Source: Cereibacter sphaeroides 2.4.1
GTDB lineage: Bacteria; Pseudomonadota; Alphaproteobacteria; Rhodobacterales; Rhodobacteraceae
Direction of reading: 5' to 3'
NCBI RefSeq assembly: GCF_000012905.2
Contig: NC_007494.2
Span: 120,001-152,000, forward strand
DNA length: 32,000 nt
In this document: positions 7,415-15,583 of the stretch, one piece after another
Layout: each line of letters starts with the position of its first letter
How positions within the stretch are numbered: the stretch's first letter is position 1
Position numbers and translations under genes: made by a program
Notes under the pieces: model-generated
The model's database searches: none
Seen by the model: only the letters and a program-made list of their open reading frames with translations
Told to the model about the DNA's origin: nothing

Positions 7415-9100
7415 TCAGCGGGTGCCCGCGCGCTGGAAGGCCGCGTCGAGCTCGTCGAACTCGCTCTCGCCGATGTCGAAGTCGAAGCCCTTGGACGACC
7501 GCACCGGCCGCAGGGACGGCTGAGGCACGGCGCGCGCCGAAGGCCGTGCGTGCGGCGCAACTGCGCGCGTCTGCGGCGCGACCGGGGCCTGTGTCTCTCC
7601 GGTGCGGAAGAAGCCCACCGCCTCCTTCAGCTGGTCCGCCTCGACGGAGAGTTCACCCGCCCCGCTCGCCAGAGCCTCAGCGGCGGTGCTGTTCTGCTGG
7701 GTGACCTGATCGAGCTGCTGGATGGCGAGCGCCACCTGCTGCGCCCCCGTCGACAGTTCGCGCGAGGCGACGGAGATCGAGGAGACGAGGCCGGACGTGC
7801 GCTCGATGTCCGGCACGAGCCGCTGGAGCATCTCGCCCGCCGTGGCCGCCACGCCGGAGGTGCGCGCCGACAGCGCGGAAATCTCGGCCGCCGCCGCCTG
7901 GCTGCGCTCGGCGAGCTTGCGGACCTCGCTGGCCACGACGGCGAAACCGCGCCCGTGCTCGCCCGCCCGCGCGGCCTCGACCGCGGCATTGAGGGCGAGA
8001 AGGTCGGTCTGGCGCGCGATCTCCTGCACGATGAGGATGCGGTCGGCGATGGAGGCCATCGCTGCCACCGCCTCGCGCACGGCATCGCCCGAGGCCCGCG
8101 CATCTTCGGCCGATTTTGCGGCGATCCGTTCGGTCTCACCCGCACTGTCGGCGGTCTGGCGGATGTTGGCGGCCATCTCCTCGACCGAGGCCGAGGCCTC
8201 TTCGGTGGAGGCCGCCTGTTCGCTGCTGCCCTGCGACAGCTGTTCGGAGGTGGCGGCCATGGTCTGGCTGTTCGCCGCCACCTGGTCGGTGGCGAGCCAC
8301 ACCCGCCCCAGAACCTCGCGCAGTTTCACGATCATGGCGTTGTTGGCCTTGAGGAGCTGCGCGATCTCGTCCGAGCCGCGCTCCTCGGCCAGGGTGGTCA
8401 GATCCCCCTGCACGACGCGCTGCGACAGCGCCAGCGCCCGGCCGAGCCTGCGCCCGATGGAGAGGATGAGGAAGGTAGCCGCGATGGTTCCGGCGAGAAT
8501 GCCCGCCAGCGCGAGCGCCGACAGGTTGACAAGGCTCGCCGTCAGCTCGCGATCCGCTTCGGCCGTGGCCTCGGTCATCTGGTCCTTGTAGAGCGTGCGG
8601 AAGGTCTCGAGGTTCGCCGCGAGCTTCACCATGCCCGCGCGGGACTCGCCCGCCAGCAGGCGGGAGGCGCCGGCGACATCGCCCGCGTCCGCCAGCGCGA
8701 AGACCCGATTGTTCAAGGCGGCGGCGGCCTTGCGCTGATCGGCATAGGCGGCGATCAGCTTCTCTCCCTCGGCATCCGCGAGTGTCTGGAGCCGCTCGAT
8801 GCTGGCACTCATATCGGCGCGGATCCGGGTGATGTCCTGCTTGAGCTTGGCGCGCTCGGTCGCCGTCGGGGCGGTCACATAATCGCGCAGCACCACGTTG
8901 AACTCGCTCTGCTGGATCTCGAGCCGGCTGGCGGCCTCGACCCGGGCGGCCTGGACGTCCACGATGGACCGCAGCGTCTGGTTCGCGGAGCGCAGGTCCA
9001 GGAGCCCGAAGATGGTGCCTGCCCCCATGAGCAGGAACACCAGAAGGAAGGTCATGGCGAGCTTGATCTTTATGGTCAGTTTCATGGAGGCCTTCATCAT
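7415..9100 (-). CDS. methyl-accepting chemotaxis protein (4HB-type periplasmic sensor, HAMP, MA domain), 561 aa
   Basis: ORF track 7415..9484 trimmed to ATG 9100 ([24 protein letters not shown]...). Two TM helices and the signalling hairpin [34 protein letters not shown]. Confidence 0.9.
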   Translation of the reverse strand: MMKASMKLTIKIKLAMTFLLVFLLMGAGTIFGLLDLRSANQTLRSIVDVQAARVEAASRLEIQQSEFNVVLRDYVTAPTATERAKLKQDITRIRADMSASIERLQTLADAEGEKLIAAYADQRKAAAALNNRVFALADAGDVAGASRLLAGESRAGMVKLAANLETFRTLYKDQMTEATAEADRELTASLVNLSALALAGILAGTIAATFLILSIGRRLGRALALSQRVVQGDLTTLAEERGSDEIAQLLKANNAMIVKLREVLGRVWLATDQVAANSQTMAATSEQLSQGSSEQAASTEEASASVEEMAANIRQTADSAGETERIAAKSAEDARASGDAVREAVAAMASIADRILIVQEIARQTDLLALNAAVEAARAGEHGRGFAVVASEVRKLAERSQAAAAEISALSARTSGVAATAGEMLQRLVPDIERTSGLVSSISVASRELSTGAQQVALAIQQLDQVTQQNSTAAEALASGAGELSVEADQLKEAVGFFRTGETQAPVAPQTRAVAPHARPSARAVPQPSLRPVRSSKGFDFDIGESEFDELDAAFQRAGTR

Positions 9101-9158
9101 CCGGGGTTCCGCCTCATCCGGCGGTGGTCGGAAAGAGTAACGGCACCAGAGCCTTAAA

Positions 9159-9164
9159 ATTGTA
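9159..9164 (-). promoter_or_regulatory. candidate -10 hexamer TACAAT for the MCP gene (motif only; no good -35)
   Basis: Plus-strand ATTGTA at 9159-9164 sits in a local AT-rich patch about 60 nt upstream of ATG 9100. Confidence 0.25.
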
Positions 9165-9524
9165 GGCTGCCTCGGGGATTTTTGCCCTGCCTGTGCGGAA
9201 GGGAGGAGACGGGGCCAAGCCGCCACGGTTCCCGGGCAGACCGAGAGGCGTCGGGCCGACGCGCGCGGCGGAGCGACGGGCCGGCGCCGGCGCCAGGCAG
9301 CCCGCGCGGCATGTCTTTCCGCCTCCCGGGCCGCCTGGCGCAGGCCCCGCCCGCTCGGTGGCGTGGCGCTCCGTCCGGTCCGCCTCGGAAAGGAACTGCT
9401 GAGTAGCCTCGCCCGGGCTGAGGGGGATCGGCACAACGCCGCCCCGGATCTCGCAACAGAAGGCGCCCGCGCCGCCGCCGCCACTTATGGACATGTTGCG
9501 ACGGCCGTGGGGAACTGGCTCTTT

Positions 9525-9541
9525 CTTATCATACTGATAAG
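9525..9541. promoter_or_regulatory. AT-rich perfect palindrome CTTATCA-TAC-TGATAAG (candidate operator / bidirectional -10 region)
   Basis: Arms at 9525-9531 and 9535-9541. It is the most AT-rich island in the window. It contains TATCAT (+) and TATGAT (-) -10-like hexamers. Confidence 0.5.
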
Positions 9542-10035
9542 GGATTCCTTGATGAGTGATAGTGTCGGAATGCCGGTCGGAAACGGGACGACGGCGCATG
9601 CCCTTCATAGGGCGCGCGCGAAGGCGCTGAGGGTCTTTCCGCCGCTCGCGCCGCAGGAGCCCGCCGCCGGTTCGCGCCACAGAGGGGTCGCGGCGGGGCT
9701 GTGCGCCTCCGGGCGCGGGCTGCTTCATTGGATCGTGCGGCGGCTGGGCCGCTGAAAGCTCTTGCCGCAGGCCCTGGCCGGAAGGCTTAGGGCGCTTCAC
9801 GCTCTCCGCCCGATGGAGAGGATCCGGACGCGGCCGGAAGGTATCCCGCAGGACTGCGTCCGTCCTTCCGCAGGGGGCTCTCTCCTCTCCGCCATATTGC
9901 CCGCCGCTGGGTCCGGCCGCGATGATGGCTCATCCATGTCGCATGCCTCCGGCCCCCGCTGTGGAAGGCCCCGCCGCATCGCCCGGCGGGGCCGACGAGC
10001 CAGGGCCTCGGTCGCGCAGGGCGACACTGCGACAT

Positions 10036-10052
10036 TTCAGCCTGTTGTCAGC
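10036..10052 (+). promoter_or_regulatory. direct repeat T(T/G)TCAGC x2 with 11-bp period upstream of eptA (candidate response-regulator site)
   Basis: TCAGC at 10037-10041 and 10048-10052, 45-60 nt upstream of ATG 10096. An 11-bp period is typical of OmpR/PhoB-family half-sites. Confidence 0.3.
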
Positions 10053-10095
10053 TTGCGCCGATAGCCGGGGCGCAACGGGCAAGAGGTCTCAGCAC

Positions 10096-11745
10096 ATGTT
10101 CCCATTTCCGCTCAGCGTCGGCCGGGCTCCGGCAACGGCTCCCGCACGGGGTCGCGCGCTTCCCTCCGTCTTCCAGATCAATCTTGCGGTGACGAGCTTC
10201 CTGCTGATCGCGGACAATGCGACCTTCTGGGCCCGTGCGCTCGGGATCTTCGGGCCGGGGGCAGAGCTTCTGCTGTTCGGAACGGCGATCTGGGCGCTCA
10301 CCTTCTTCATCGTCGCCCTGTTCGGGACGGGGCCGCTGCGCCGGCCGATGCTGGCGCTGCTGCTGCTGCTGGGCGCCGCGACCGGTTACTTCCAGGATCG
10401 GCTGGGCGTGACGATGGACCGGGACATGATCGAGAACGTGATGACGACGACGCTGTCCGAGGGGCGCCATCTCGTCACGCCGGGCTTCCTGATCCATCTG
10501 GCGATCTTCGGCCTCTTGCCCGCGCTGGTCGTGCTGCGCCTGCCCGTGCGCGAGGGCGGCTGGCGGGCGGCGGCGCGCAGCGGGCTTTCGGCGGTCATGG
10601 CGCTCGCCCTCGGGGCGGGTCTCGTGATGGCCGACTTCAAGACCCTCTCGGCGGTCCTGCGCGAGCACAAGGAGCTGGTGTCGGCCTGGCAGCCCGCGAT
10701 GCCGCTCGGCTCGGCGCTGCGCTATGCCAAGCTGCGCGTGCGCACCCACGATCTGACGGTGGCGGCGCTTGGCACCGATGCGCAGAAGGGGCCGCTCCTC
10801 GCGGCGGCGCCGAAGCCGGTTCTGACCGTCCTCGTGGTGGGCGAGACCGCGCGGGCGCAGAACTGGGGGCTGAACGGCTACGAGCGCGACACGACGCCCA
10901 AGCTGCGCGCCCGCGGCGTGGTGAATTTCTCCGACGTCGAGAGCTGCGGCACGGCGACGGCCGTGTCGATGCCCTGCATGTTCTCGAACCTCACGCGCAA
11001 GGGCTACAGCCACGAGAAGGGCCTCGCGCAGGAGAACCTGCTCGATGTGCTGGCCCATGCGGGCGTGGCGGTGGAGTGGTGGGACAACAACACGGGCGAC
11101 AAGGACATCGCGGCGCGCCTGCCGTCGGCGCGGGTGCCCGAGACGGTGGATGCCTGCGGCGAGGGCGAATGCACCGATGCGGCCTTCCTGCCGCTCCTCG
11201 ACCGGACGCTCGCCGGCATGAAGGACGACACGGTGTTGGTGCTGCACCAGATCGGCAGCCACGGGCCCGCCTATCACCTGCGCTACCCCAAGGCCTTCGA
11301 GCGGTTCTCGCCCGCCTGCCAGAGCGCGGAATTCTCGCGCTGCACGGACGAGGAGATCCGCAATGCCTATGACAACAGCCTGGCCTTCACCGATCATATC
11401 CTCGCCGCGATGATCGACCGGCTGGCCGCGCAGGACCGCGTGATCCCGGCGCTGGTCTATGTCTCGGATCACGGCGAGTCCCTGGGCGAGAACGGGCTCT
11501 ATCTGCATGGCGCGCCGCGCTTCATGGCGCCCGACACGCAGACCCATGTGCCGATGGTGATGTGGCTCTCCGAGGCGTTCCGGTCGACCATGCGCCTCGA
11601 TGTGGGCTGCCTGCAGGCGCATGCGGCCGAGCCCGCAAGCCATGACAACCTGTTCCATTCGGTGCTCGGGCTGATGGACATCCGCACCGAGGTGCGCGAC
11701 ACGAGCCTCGACCGTGTCTCGTCCTGCCGCGCTTCCGCTTCCTGA
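10096..11745 (+). CDS. eptA: phosphoethanolamine--lipid A transferase (EptA/PmrC/MCR family), 549 aa
   Basis: ORF track 9922..11745 trimmed to ATG 10096 (AAGAGG upstream). Five N-terminal TM helices plus a sulfatase-fold domain with VVGETARAQNW (Thr nucleophile), HQIGSHGPAYHLRYP and YVSDHGESLGENGLYLHG, nearly identical to the MCR-1/EptA motifs I remember. Confidence 0.9.
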   Translation: MFPFPLSVGRAPATAPARGRALPSVFQINLAVTSFLLIADNATFWARALGIFGPGAELLLFGTAIWALTFFIVALFGTGPLRRPMLALLLLLGAATGYFQDRLGVTMDRDMIENVMTTTLSEGRHLVTPGFLIHLAIFGLLPALVVLRLPVREGGWRAAARSGLSAVMALALGAGLVMADFKTLSAVLREHKELVSAWQPAMPLGSALRYAKLRVRTHDLTVAALGTDAQKGPLLAAAPKPVLTVLVVGETARAQNWGLNGYERDTTPKLRARGVVNFSDVESCGTATAVSMPCMFSNLTRKGYSHEKGLAQENLLDVLAHAGVAVEWWDNNTGDKDIAARLPSARVPETVDACGEGECTDAAFLPLLDRTLAGMKDDTVLVLHQIGSHGPAYHLRYPKAFERFSPACQSAEFSRCTDEEIRNAYDNSLAFTDHILAAMIDRLAAQDRVIPALVYVSDHGESLGENGLYLHGAPRFMAPDTQTHVPMVMWLSEAFRSTMRLDVGCLQAHAAEPASHDNLFHSVLGLMDIRTEVRDTSLDRVSSCRASAS

Positions 11746-11755
11746 GGGCCCGCCC

Positions 11756-12136
11756 ATGACCGACCGCATCGATCTGCCCCGGCCTCCGCAGGCTCAGGGC
11801 GCCCGCCATCTCCTCGCCTCGGCCCGTCATTCGCTGGCCGGCCTGCGCCGGCTGCTGCAGGAGACGGCCTTCCGGCACGAGCTGGCCGGCGGGGCAGCGG
11901 GGCTCGCGCTGCTGCTTGCCGGTCGCGCGAGCTTTCCCGAAATCCTCGGGGCCGCGGTGCTCTTCCTGCTGCTGGTGGCGGCCGAGGCGCTGAATACCGC
12001 AATCGAGGTGGTGGTCGATCACCTGGCGCCCGGCTGGGCGGAATTCGCGCGCGACGCCAAGGATCTGGGCTCGCTCGCCGTTCTCTGCCTCATTCTGGCG
12101 AACGTGGCCTTCGTCGCCTACGCGATCCTCGGCTGA
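11756..12136 (+). CDS. dgkA: diacylglycerol kinase (126 aa)
   Basis: ORF track 11714..12136 trimmed to ATG 11756, 11 nt after the eptA stop. Motifs EALNTAIEVVVD and AKDLGSLAV; three TM helices. Confidence 0.85.
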   Translation: MTDRIDLPRPPQAQGARHLLASARHSLAGLRRLLQETAFRHELAGGAAGLALLLAGRASFPEILGAAVLFLLLVAAEALNTAIEVVVDHLAPGWAEFARDAKDLGSLAVLCLILANVAFVAYAILG

Positions 12137-13434
12137 GGCGGGATCGCACGCGCCTCGAAGCCGTCGGGACGGCCGGGGATCGGAGAGGTCAGCGCGAGGC
12201 GCCAGCCCGCGCCCCGGGCGATGCCCGCGGCGATGGCGAGGCCCAGCCCCGAGCCTTCCCGCGTGCTGCTGCCCCGGGCAAAGCGCTGCGGGATGCGCGC
12301 GAGCAGGTCCGGCGCCAGCGCCGGCCCGCCGTTCGTCACCCGCAGCCCCTCCGCTCCCAGCGTCACCTCGACCGCGCCCTCGCCGTGCCGCAGCGCATTC
12401 TCGATCAGGTTCCGCGCGAGGATGGCGAAGGCGTCGGGATCCATCCGGGCCTCGAGCGCGCCGATCTCGTCGCGCAACCGCAGGCCCTCCGGCCCGTGAC
12501 GGGCATCGTCGACCACGATCTCGAGGATCGGCGCCAGATCCTGCGGCGTCTCCGCCAGAACCGCGGCGCCCTCGGCGCGCGACAGTTCGAGGAGCTTGGC
12601 CGCCAGCCGCGCGAGCCGCTTCAGCTCCTGCTCGAGGCGCTCTGCGCGGGGCCGCAGCGCCTCGGGCGCCTCGACGATCAGCCGCTGGGCCTGAGCCAGC
12701 GCCGCGGCCATGGGCGTGCGAAGCTCATGCGCGGCATTGGCGGTGAAGCCGCGCTCGGCGGCGATGGCGCGCCCGAGCCGGGCCATCAGCCGGTCGACCG
12801 CGTCGCGGAGCGGCAGAAGTTCGGCCTGCAGTCCCTGCGTGGCCAGAGGTCTGAGGTCGGTCTCGTCGCGCCCCTGCACCTCGCGCGAGAGATCGCCCAG
12901 CCGCGCGAGAGCCGCCCGCGTGCGCCAAACCACCAGCGCCAGGATCAGCGGCAGCAGGAGCAGCATCGGGGCCACGAAGGCCACCAGCGTCTCGCGCACC
13001 GCCTCGCGCCGGTTCGAGAGCGGCTCGGCGATCGAGAGCGTCCAGCGTCCGCTGAGATCCGAGACCGCGTAGAAGCGGTGACGCCCGCTGGTGGAGAAGC
13101 CGGCCGGCACGGGCTGGGCGAAGGTCTCGGCACGGGCGTCGGGCGACCAGAGCCGCACCGTCCCTTCCGCATCCCGCACCACCCAGGTCAGGTTTTCGCC
13201 ATGCTCGCCCGCGCGCGCGATCCGGCGCGGCACCGGGGCCGTGTCGTCGGTCCCGTCCGACAGCGCAAGCGGCAGCAGACGCTCGGCCGTCTCCTGAAGC
13301 GCACTGTCGAAGGTCTCGCCCATCTCCTCGCGCACCACATAGGCGGCCGACAGGGTGGCCACCGTCCAGAGCAGGACGATCGCGCCCGACAGCCCCAGCG
13401 CGAGCTCGCGCCGCAGGCTGCGCGGTCGGCTCAT
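12118..13434 (-). CDS. two-component sensor histidine kinase (HisKA/HATPase_c; PmrB/QseC-like), 438 aa
   Basis: ORF track 12118..13629 trimmed to ATG 13434, which overlaps the regulator stop as ATGA. H-box HELRTPMAAAL and G-box GSGLGLAIAAGIARG; two TM helices. The 3' end overlaps dgkA by 19 nt (convergent). Confidence 0.9.
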   Translation of the reverse strand: MSRPRSLRRELALGLSGAIVLLWTVATLSAAYVVREEMGETFDSALQETAERLLPLALSDGTDDTAPVPRRIARAGEHGENLTWVVRDAEGTVRLWSPDARAETFAQPVPAGFSTSGRHRFYAVSDLSGRWTLSIAEPLSNRREAVRETLVAFVAPMLLLLPLILALVVWRTRAALARLGDLSREVQGRDETDLRPLATQGLQAELLPLRDAVDRLMARLGRAIAAERGFTANAAHELRTPMAAALAQAQRLIVEAPEALRPRAERLEQELKRLARLAAKLLELSRAEGAAVLAETPQDLAPILEIVVDDARHGPEGLRLRDEIGALEARMDPDAFAILARNLIENALRHGEGAVEVTLGAEGLRVTNGGPALAPDLLARIPQRFARGSSTREGSGLGLAIAAGIARGAGWRLALTSPIPGRPDGFEARAIPPQPRIA

Positions 13435-14090
13435 TCCCGCACCAGCCGGTAGCCCATGCCGCGCCGCGTCTCGATCCGGTCGCGCCCGAGCTTCTTGCGC
13501 AGGCGGCTGACATAGACCTCGATCGTGTTGCTTTCGACCTCGGCGTCGAAGGCGTAGAGCGTTTCCTCGAGCTGGGTCTTCGAGACGACCGATCCCGGCC
13601 GCTTCACGAGCGCCTCGAAGATCGCCCATTCGCGCTGCGAGAGCGTGACCTCGCCCTCGGGCCCGTCGATCCGCCGGTCGGCGATGTCGACCTCCAGCGG
13701 GCCGAGCGCGAGGCGCGGGCTGGGATTGCCGGCATAGCGCCGCGAGACGGCACCGATCCGGGCGGACAGTTCGGAAAGGTCGAACGGCTTGACCATGTAA
13801 TCGTCGGCGCCCGCATTCAGCCCCGCGATCCGCTCCGTCACCCGGTCGCGCGCCGTGAGGATGATGACGGGCATGGTCTCCTTCCGGGCGCGGAGCCCGC
13901 GCAGGAAGTCGAGCCCGCTCCCGTCGGGCAGGTTCAGGTCGAGCAGCACGAGATCGTAGGCCGTGGTCGCGACCGAGGCCAGGGCATCCTCGACGCCCGT
14001 CATCCAGTCTGCCGCATGGCCCTCGGCGCTGATCTGGTCGCGGATGGCCCCACCCAGGCCGGGGTCATCCTCGACGAGCAGGATACGCAT
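13431..14090 (-). CDS. OmpR/PhoB-family response regulator (219 aa)
   Basis: ORF track 13431..14153 trimmed to ATG 14090 (AAGGAGGA upstream). MRILLVEDD..., LVLLDLNLPDGSG, DDYMVKPF, and a winged helix IEVYVSRLRKKLG...GMGYRLV. Confidence 0.9.
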   Translation of the reverse strand: MRILLVEDDPGLGGAIRDQISAEGHAADWMTGVEDALASVATTAYDLVLLDLNLPDGSGLDFLRGLRARKETMPVIILTARDRVTERIAGLNAGADDYMVKPFDLSELSARIGAVSRRYAGNPSPRLALGPLEVDIADRRIDGPEGEVTLSQREWAIFEALVKRPGSVVSKTQLEETLYAFDAEVESNTIEVYVSRLRKKLGRDRIETRRGMGYRLVRE

Positions 14091-14295
14091 CCCGTCCTCC
14101 TTCGTTGCGTCTAGGTGGGCCGAGGCGGCGGCCAGCGTCAAGGGGAGGAGCACGGTCTGCCTGCGAAGGCGGCGCCTGCGGGATCCGGCTGGCCTGCCGC
14201 TCGGGCCGCGCGCCGCAGGCCGGGCGCTTCGCTGCCGGCGCCTGTCGCGCCAGCGGGAAAGACCGGCCGCCCGACGCTCGGGGAGGCCGCACCCC

Positions 14296-14416
14296 TTCGG
14301 CCGTTGCGCCGGGGCTCACTCCTCGTGCCGGCCCGCCGTGAAGCGGTCGCGCTCGTTCGGCCACCGCGCCGGGGCTCACTCCTCGTGCCGGCCTGCGGTG
14401 GGGCGGTCGCGCTCGT
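14296..14416. repeat. 60-bp tandem duplication (2 units, 53/60 identical) spanning the 3' end and stop codon of the GFA gene
   Basis: Unit 1 is 14296-14355 and unit 2 is 14356-14415. Identical blocks are GCGCCGGGGCTCACTCCTCGTGCCGGCC and GCGGTCGCGCTCGT. Unit 2 holds the real stop (14376-14378). Unit 1 holds a relic ...ERDRFTAGRHEE-stop. Confidence 0.85.
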
Positions 14417-14768
14417 AGTGATGGGCCAGCGGGAAGGGTGGCAACCAGCTTTCGCGCCGGATCGTCCAGAGCTCGTAGGTGGGTCGGAAGAGATCCGGGG
14501 CGTCGAGGGCGCCGAGGTTGATCTCGATCTCGTCCTCGGAGCGGCCGAAGAGCTGCGAGCCGCAGCGCGGGCAGAAGGCGCGGCCCTTGTAGTCCGAAGG
14601 CGTGCCCTCGACCGAGACGGCGCTGGCCGGGAAGATCGCGGAGGCATGGAACAGCGCGCCATGCTGCTTCCGGCAGTCGAGACAGTGGCAGAGGCCCACG
14701 CGATAGGGCCGACCCCGCGCGACGAAGCGCACCTCTCCGCAGCGGCAGCCGCCCGTGACCTGATCCAT
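14376..14768 (-). CDS. GFA family protein (glutathione-dependent formaldehyde-activating / CENP-V-like Cys-rich fold), 130 aa
   Basis: ORF track 14376..15107 trimmed to ATG 14768 (GGAGGAGG upstream). Cys motifs GGCRCGEVRF, GLCHCLDCRKQHG and FCPRCGSQLF. Confidence 0.85.
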   Translation of the reverse strand: MDQVTGGCRCGEVRFVARGRPYRVGLCHCLDCRKQHGALFHASAIFPASAVSVEGTPSDYKGRAFCPRCGSQLFGRSEDEIEINLGALDAPDLFRPTYELWTIRRESWLPPFPLAHHYERDRPTAGRHEE

Positions 14769-14969
14769 GTCGCCTCCTCCCCAGCGTTTGACGGAAGATA
14801 GACCGGGGCTGCGTGCCGTACAGGGGCAGGCCGGCCGCAGCACGGCAGAGGGCACGACGTGGCGATGGATATGCCGGCGGGGAGGAGCGCCCCGAGGCGC
14901 GGCATGCGACGGCAGTGCGAGAGGGGCCCGGAGGTGCAAGGACGCAATGGCGGTGCCAACGGAGTTGGA

Positions 14970-15058
14970 GCGTAAAGCCGCGACGGTGAGCAAGAGTGTC
15001 CTGCGGCGCAAAGCTGCGAGTGTGGTGCGGCGAGCGCGCCCGGGGCGCAAAGCTGCGA
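14970..15058. repeat. three phased copies of GCG(C/T)AAAGC(T/C)GCGA in the GFA / yjdM divergent intergenic region
   Basis: Copies at 14970-14983, 15006-15019 and 15045-15058 (spacings 36 and 39 nt). The two exact copies contain the mini-palindrome CGCA-AAGC-TGCG. Confidence 0.55.
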
Positions 15059-15181
15059 TGCCGGCGCCGGTGGGCTCGGAGGGGACGAGCTGCGACGGGG
15101 AGCGCACCCCGGAGGCGCCCCTCTCCCCCTGCGGCGCGAGGGGCTCTGGTCAGCCGGCCGTCGTGGGTCTATAGGCGCGTC

Positions 15182-15520
15182 ATGACCGACATGCTGCCAC
15201 CTTGCCCCGAATGTTCCTCGAGCTTCACCTATCAGGCTGATGCGCTTCTCGCCTGCCCGGAATGCGGGCACGAATGGTCGCCCGAGGCGACCGGCGCCGA
15301 GGTGCAGATCCGCGACAGCGTGGGCAATCCGCTGGCGGACGGCGATACCGTCACGGTCATCAAGGACCTGAAGCTGAAGGGCTCTTCCTCGGTCATCAAG
15401 GTCGGCACCAAGGTGCGCGGCATCCGCCTCGTGGCGGGCGATCATGACATCGACTGCAAGATCCCCGGCATCGGCCAGATCGGACTGAAGTCGCAGTTCG
15501 TGAAGAAGGTTACGGACTGA
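15182..15520 (+). CDS. yjdM: zinc-ribbon protein YjdM/PhnA (112 aa)
   Basis: ORF track 14996..15520 trimmed to ATG 15182. Zinc ribbon CPECSSSFTYQADALLACPECGHEW plus the C-terminal VIKDLKLKGSS..IKVGTKV...IDCKI.GIGQIGLKSQFVKK. Confidence 0.85.
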   Translation: MTDMLPPCPECSSSFTYQADALLACPECGHEWSPEATGAEVQIRDSVGNPLADGDTVTVIKDLKLKGSSSVIKVGTKVRGIRLVAGDHDIDCKIPGIGQIGLKSQFVKKVTD

Positions 15521-15541
15521 GCCGGAGCCGGTTCCGATCCA

Positions 15542-15566
15542 CGCCCCTCCGTCTCTGCGGGGGGCG
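15542..15566. terminator. GC hairpin between convergent yjdM and DUF4157 genes (weak, no clear U-tract)
   Basis: CGCCCCTC (15542-15549) pairs with GGGGGGCG (15559-15566), including one G-T pair, with a 9-nt loop. Confidence 0.3.
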
Positions 15567-15583
15567 GTGGTTCCTGGGCCTCC

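Noticed and set aside
7151-9157. 668-aa plus-strand ORF
   Set aside because: It is antisense shadow of the MCP gene, with low-complexity Arg/Gly/Leu-rich translation. The same reasoning applies to 1508..2548(-), 2832..4439(+), 10048..11769(-), 19587..21968(+), 23790..25931(+), 27227..28966(-) and 29256..31502(+).
9114-9497. 128-codon minus-strand ORF ending 13 nt before the MCP start
   Set aside because: It is not accepted as a gene. The Gly/Pro/Ala/Arg-rich product has no recognisable fold, there is no SD, and GC3 decays after about 45 codons. It is kept only as part of the finding on the 9165-10095 gap.
9525-9541. Fur box interpretation of the AT-rich palindrome
   Set aside because: The half-sites GATAAG are arranged tail-to-tail with a 5-nt gap (CTTATC-ATACT-GATAAG). 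That does not fit the GATAAT-based 7-1-7 or 9-1-9 Fur layout, and no iron gene is adjacent.
14296-15058. CRISPR array or mobile-element interpretation of the tandem and phased repeats
   Set aside because: There are only two or three units, with no unique spacers of regular length and no cas, transposase or integrase genes anywhere in the window. The repeats overlap a gene end and a promoter region.
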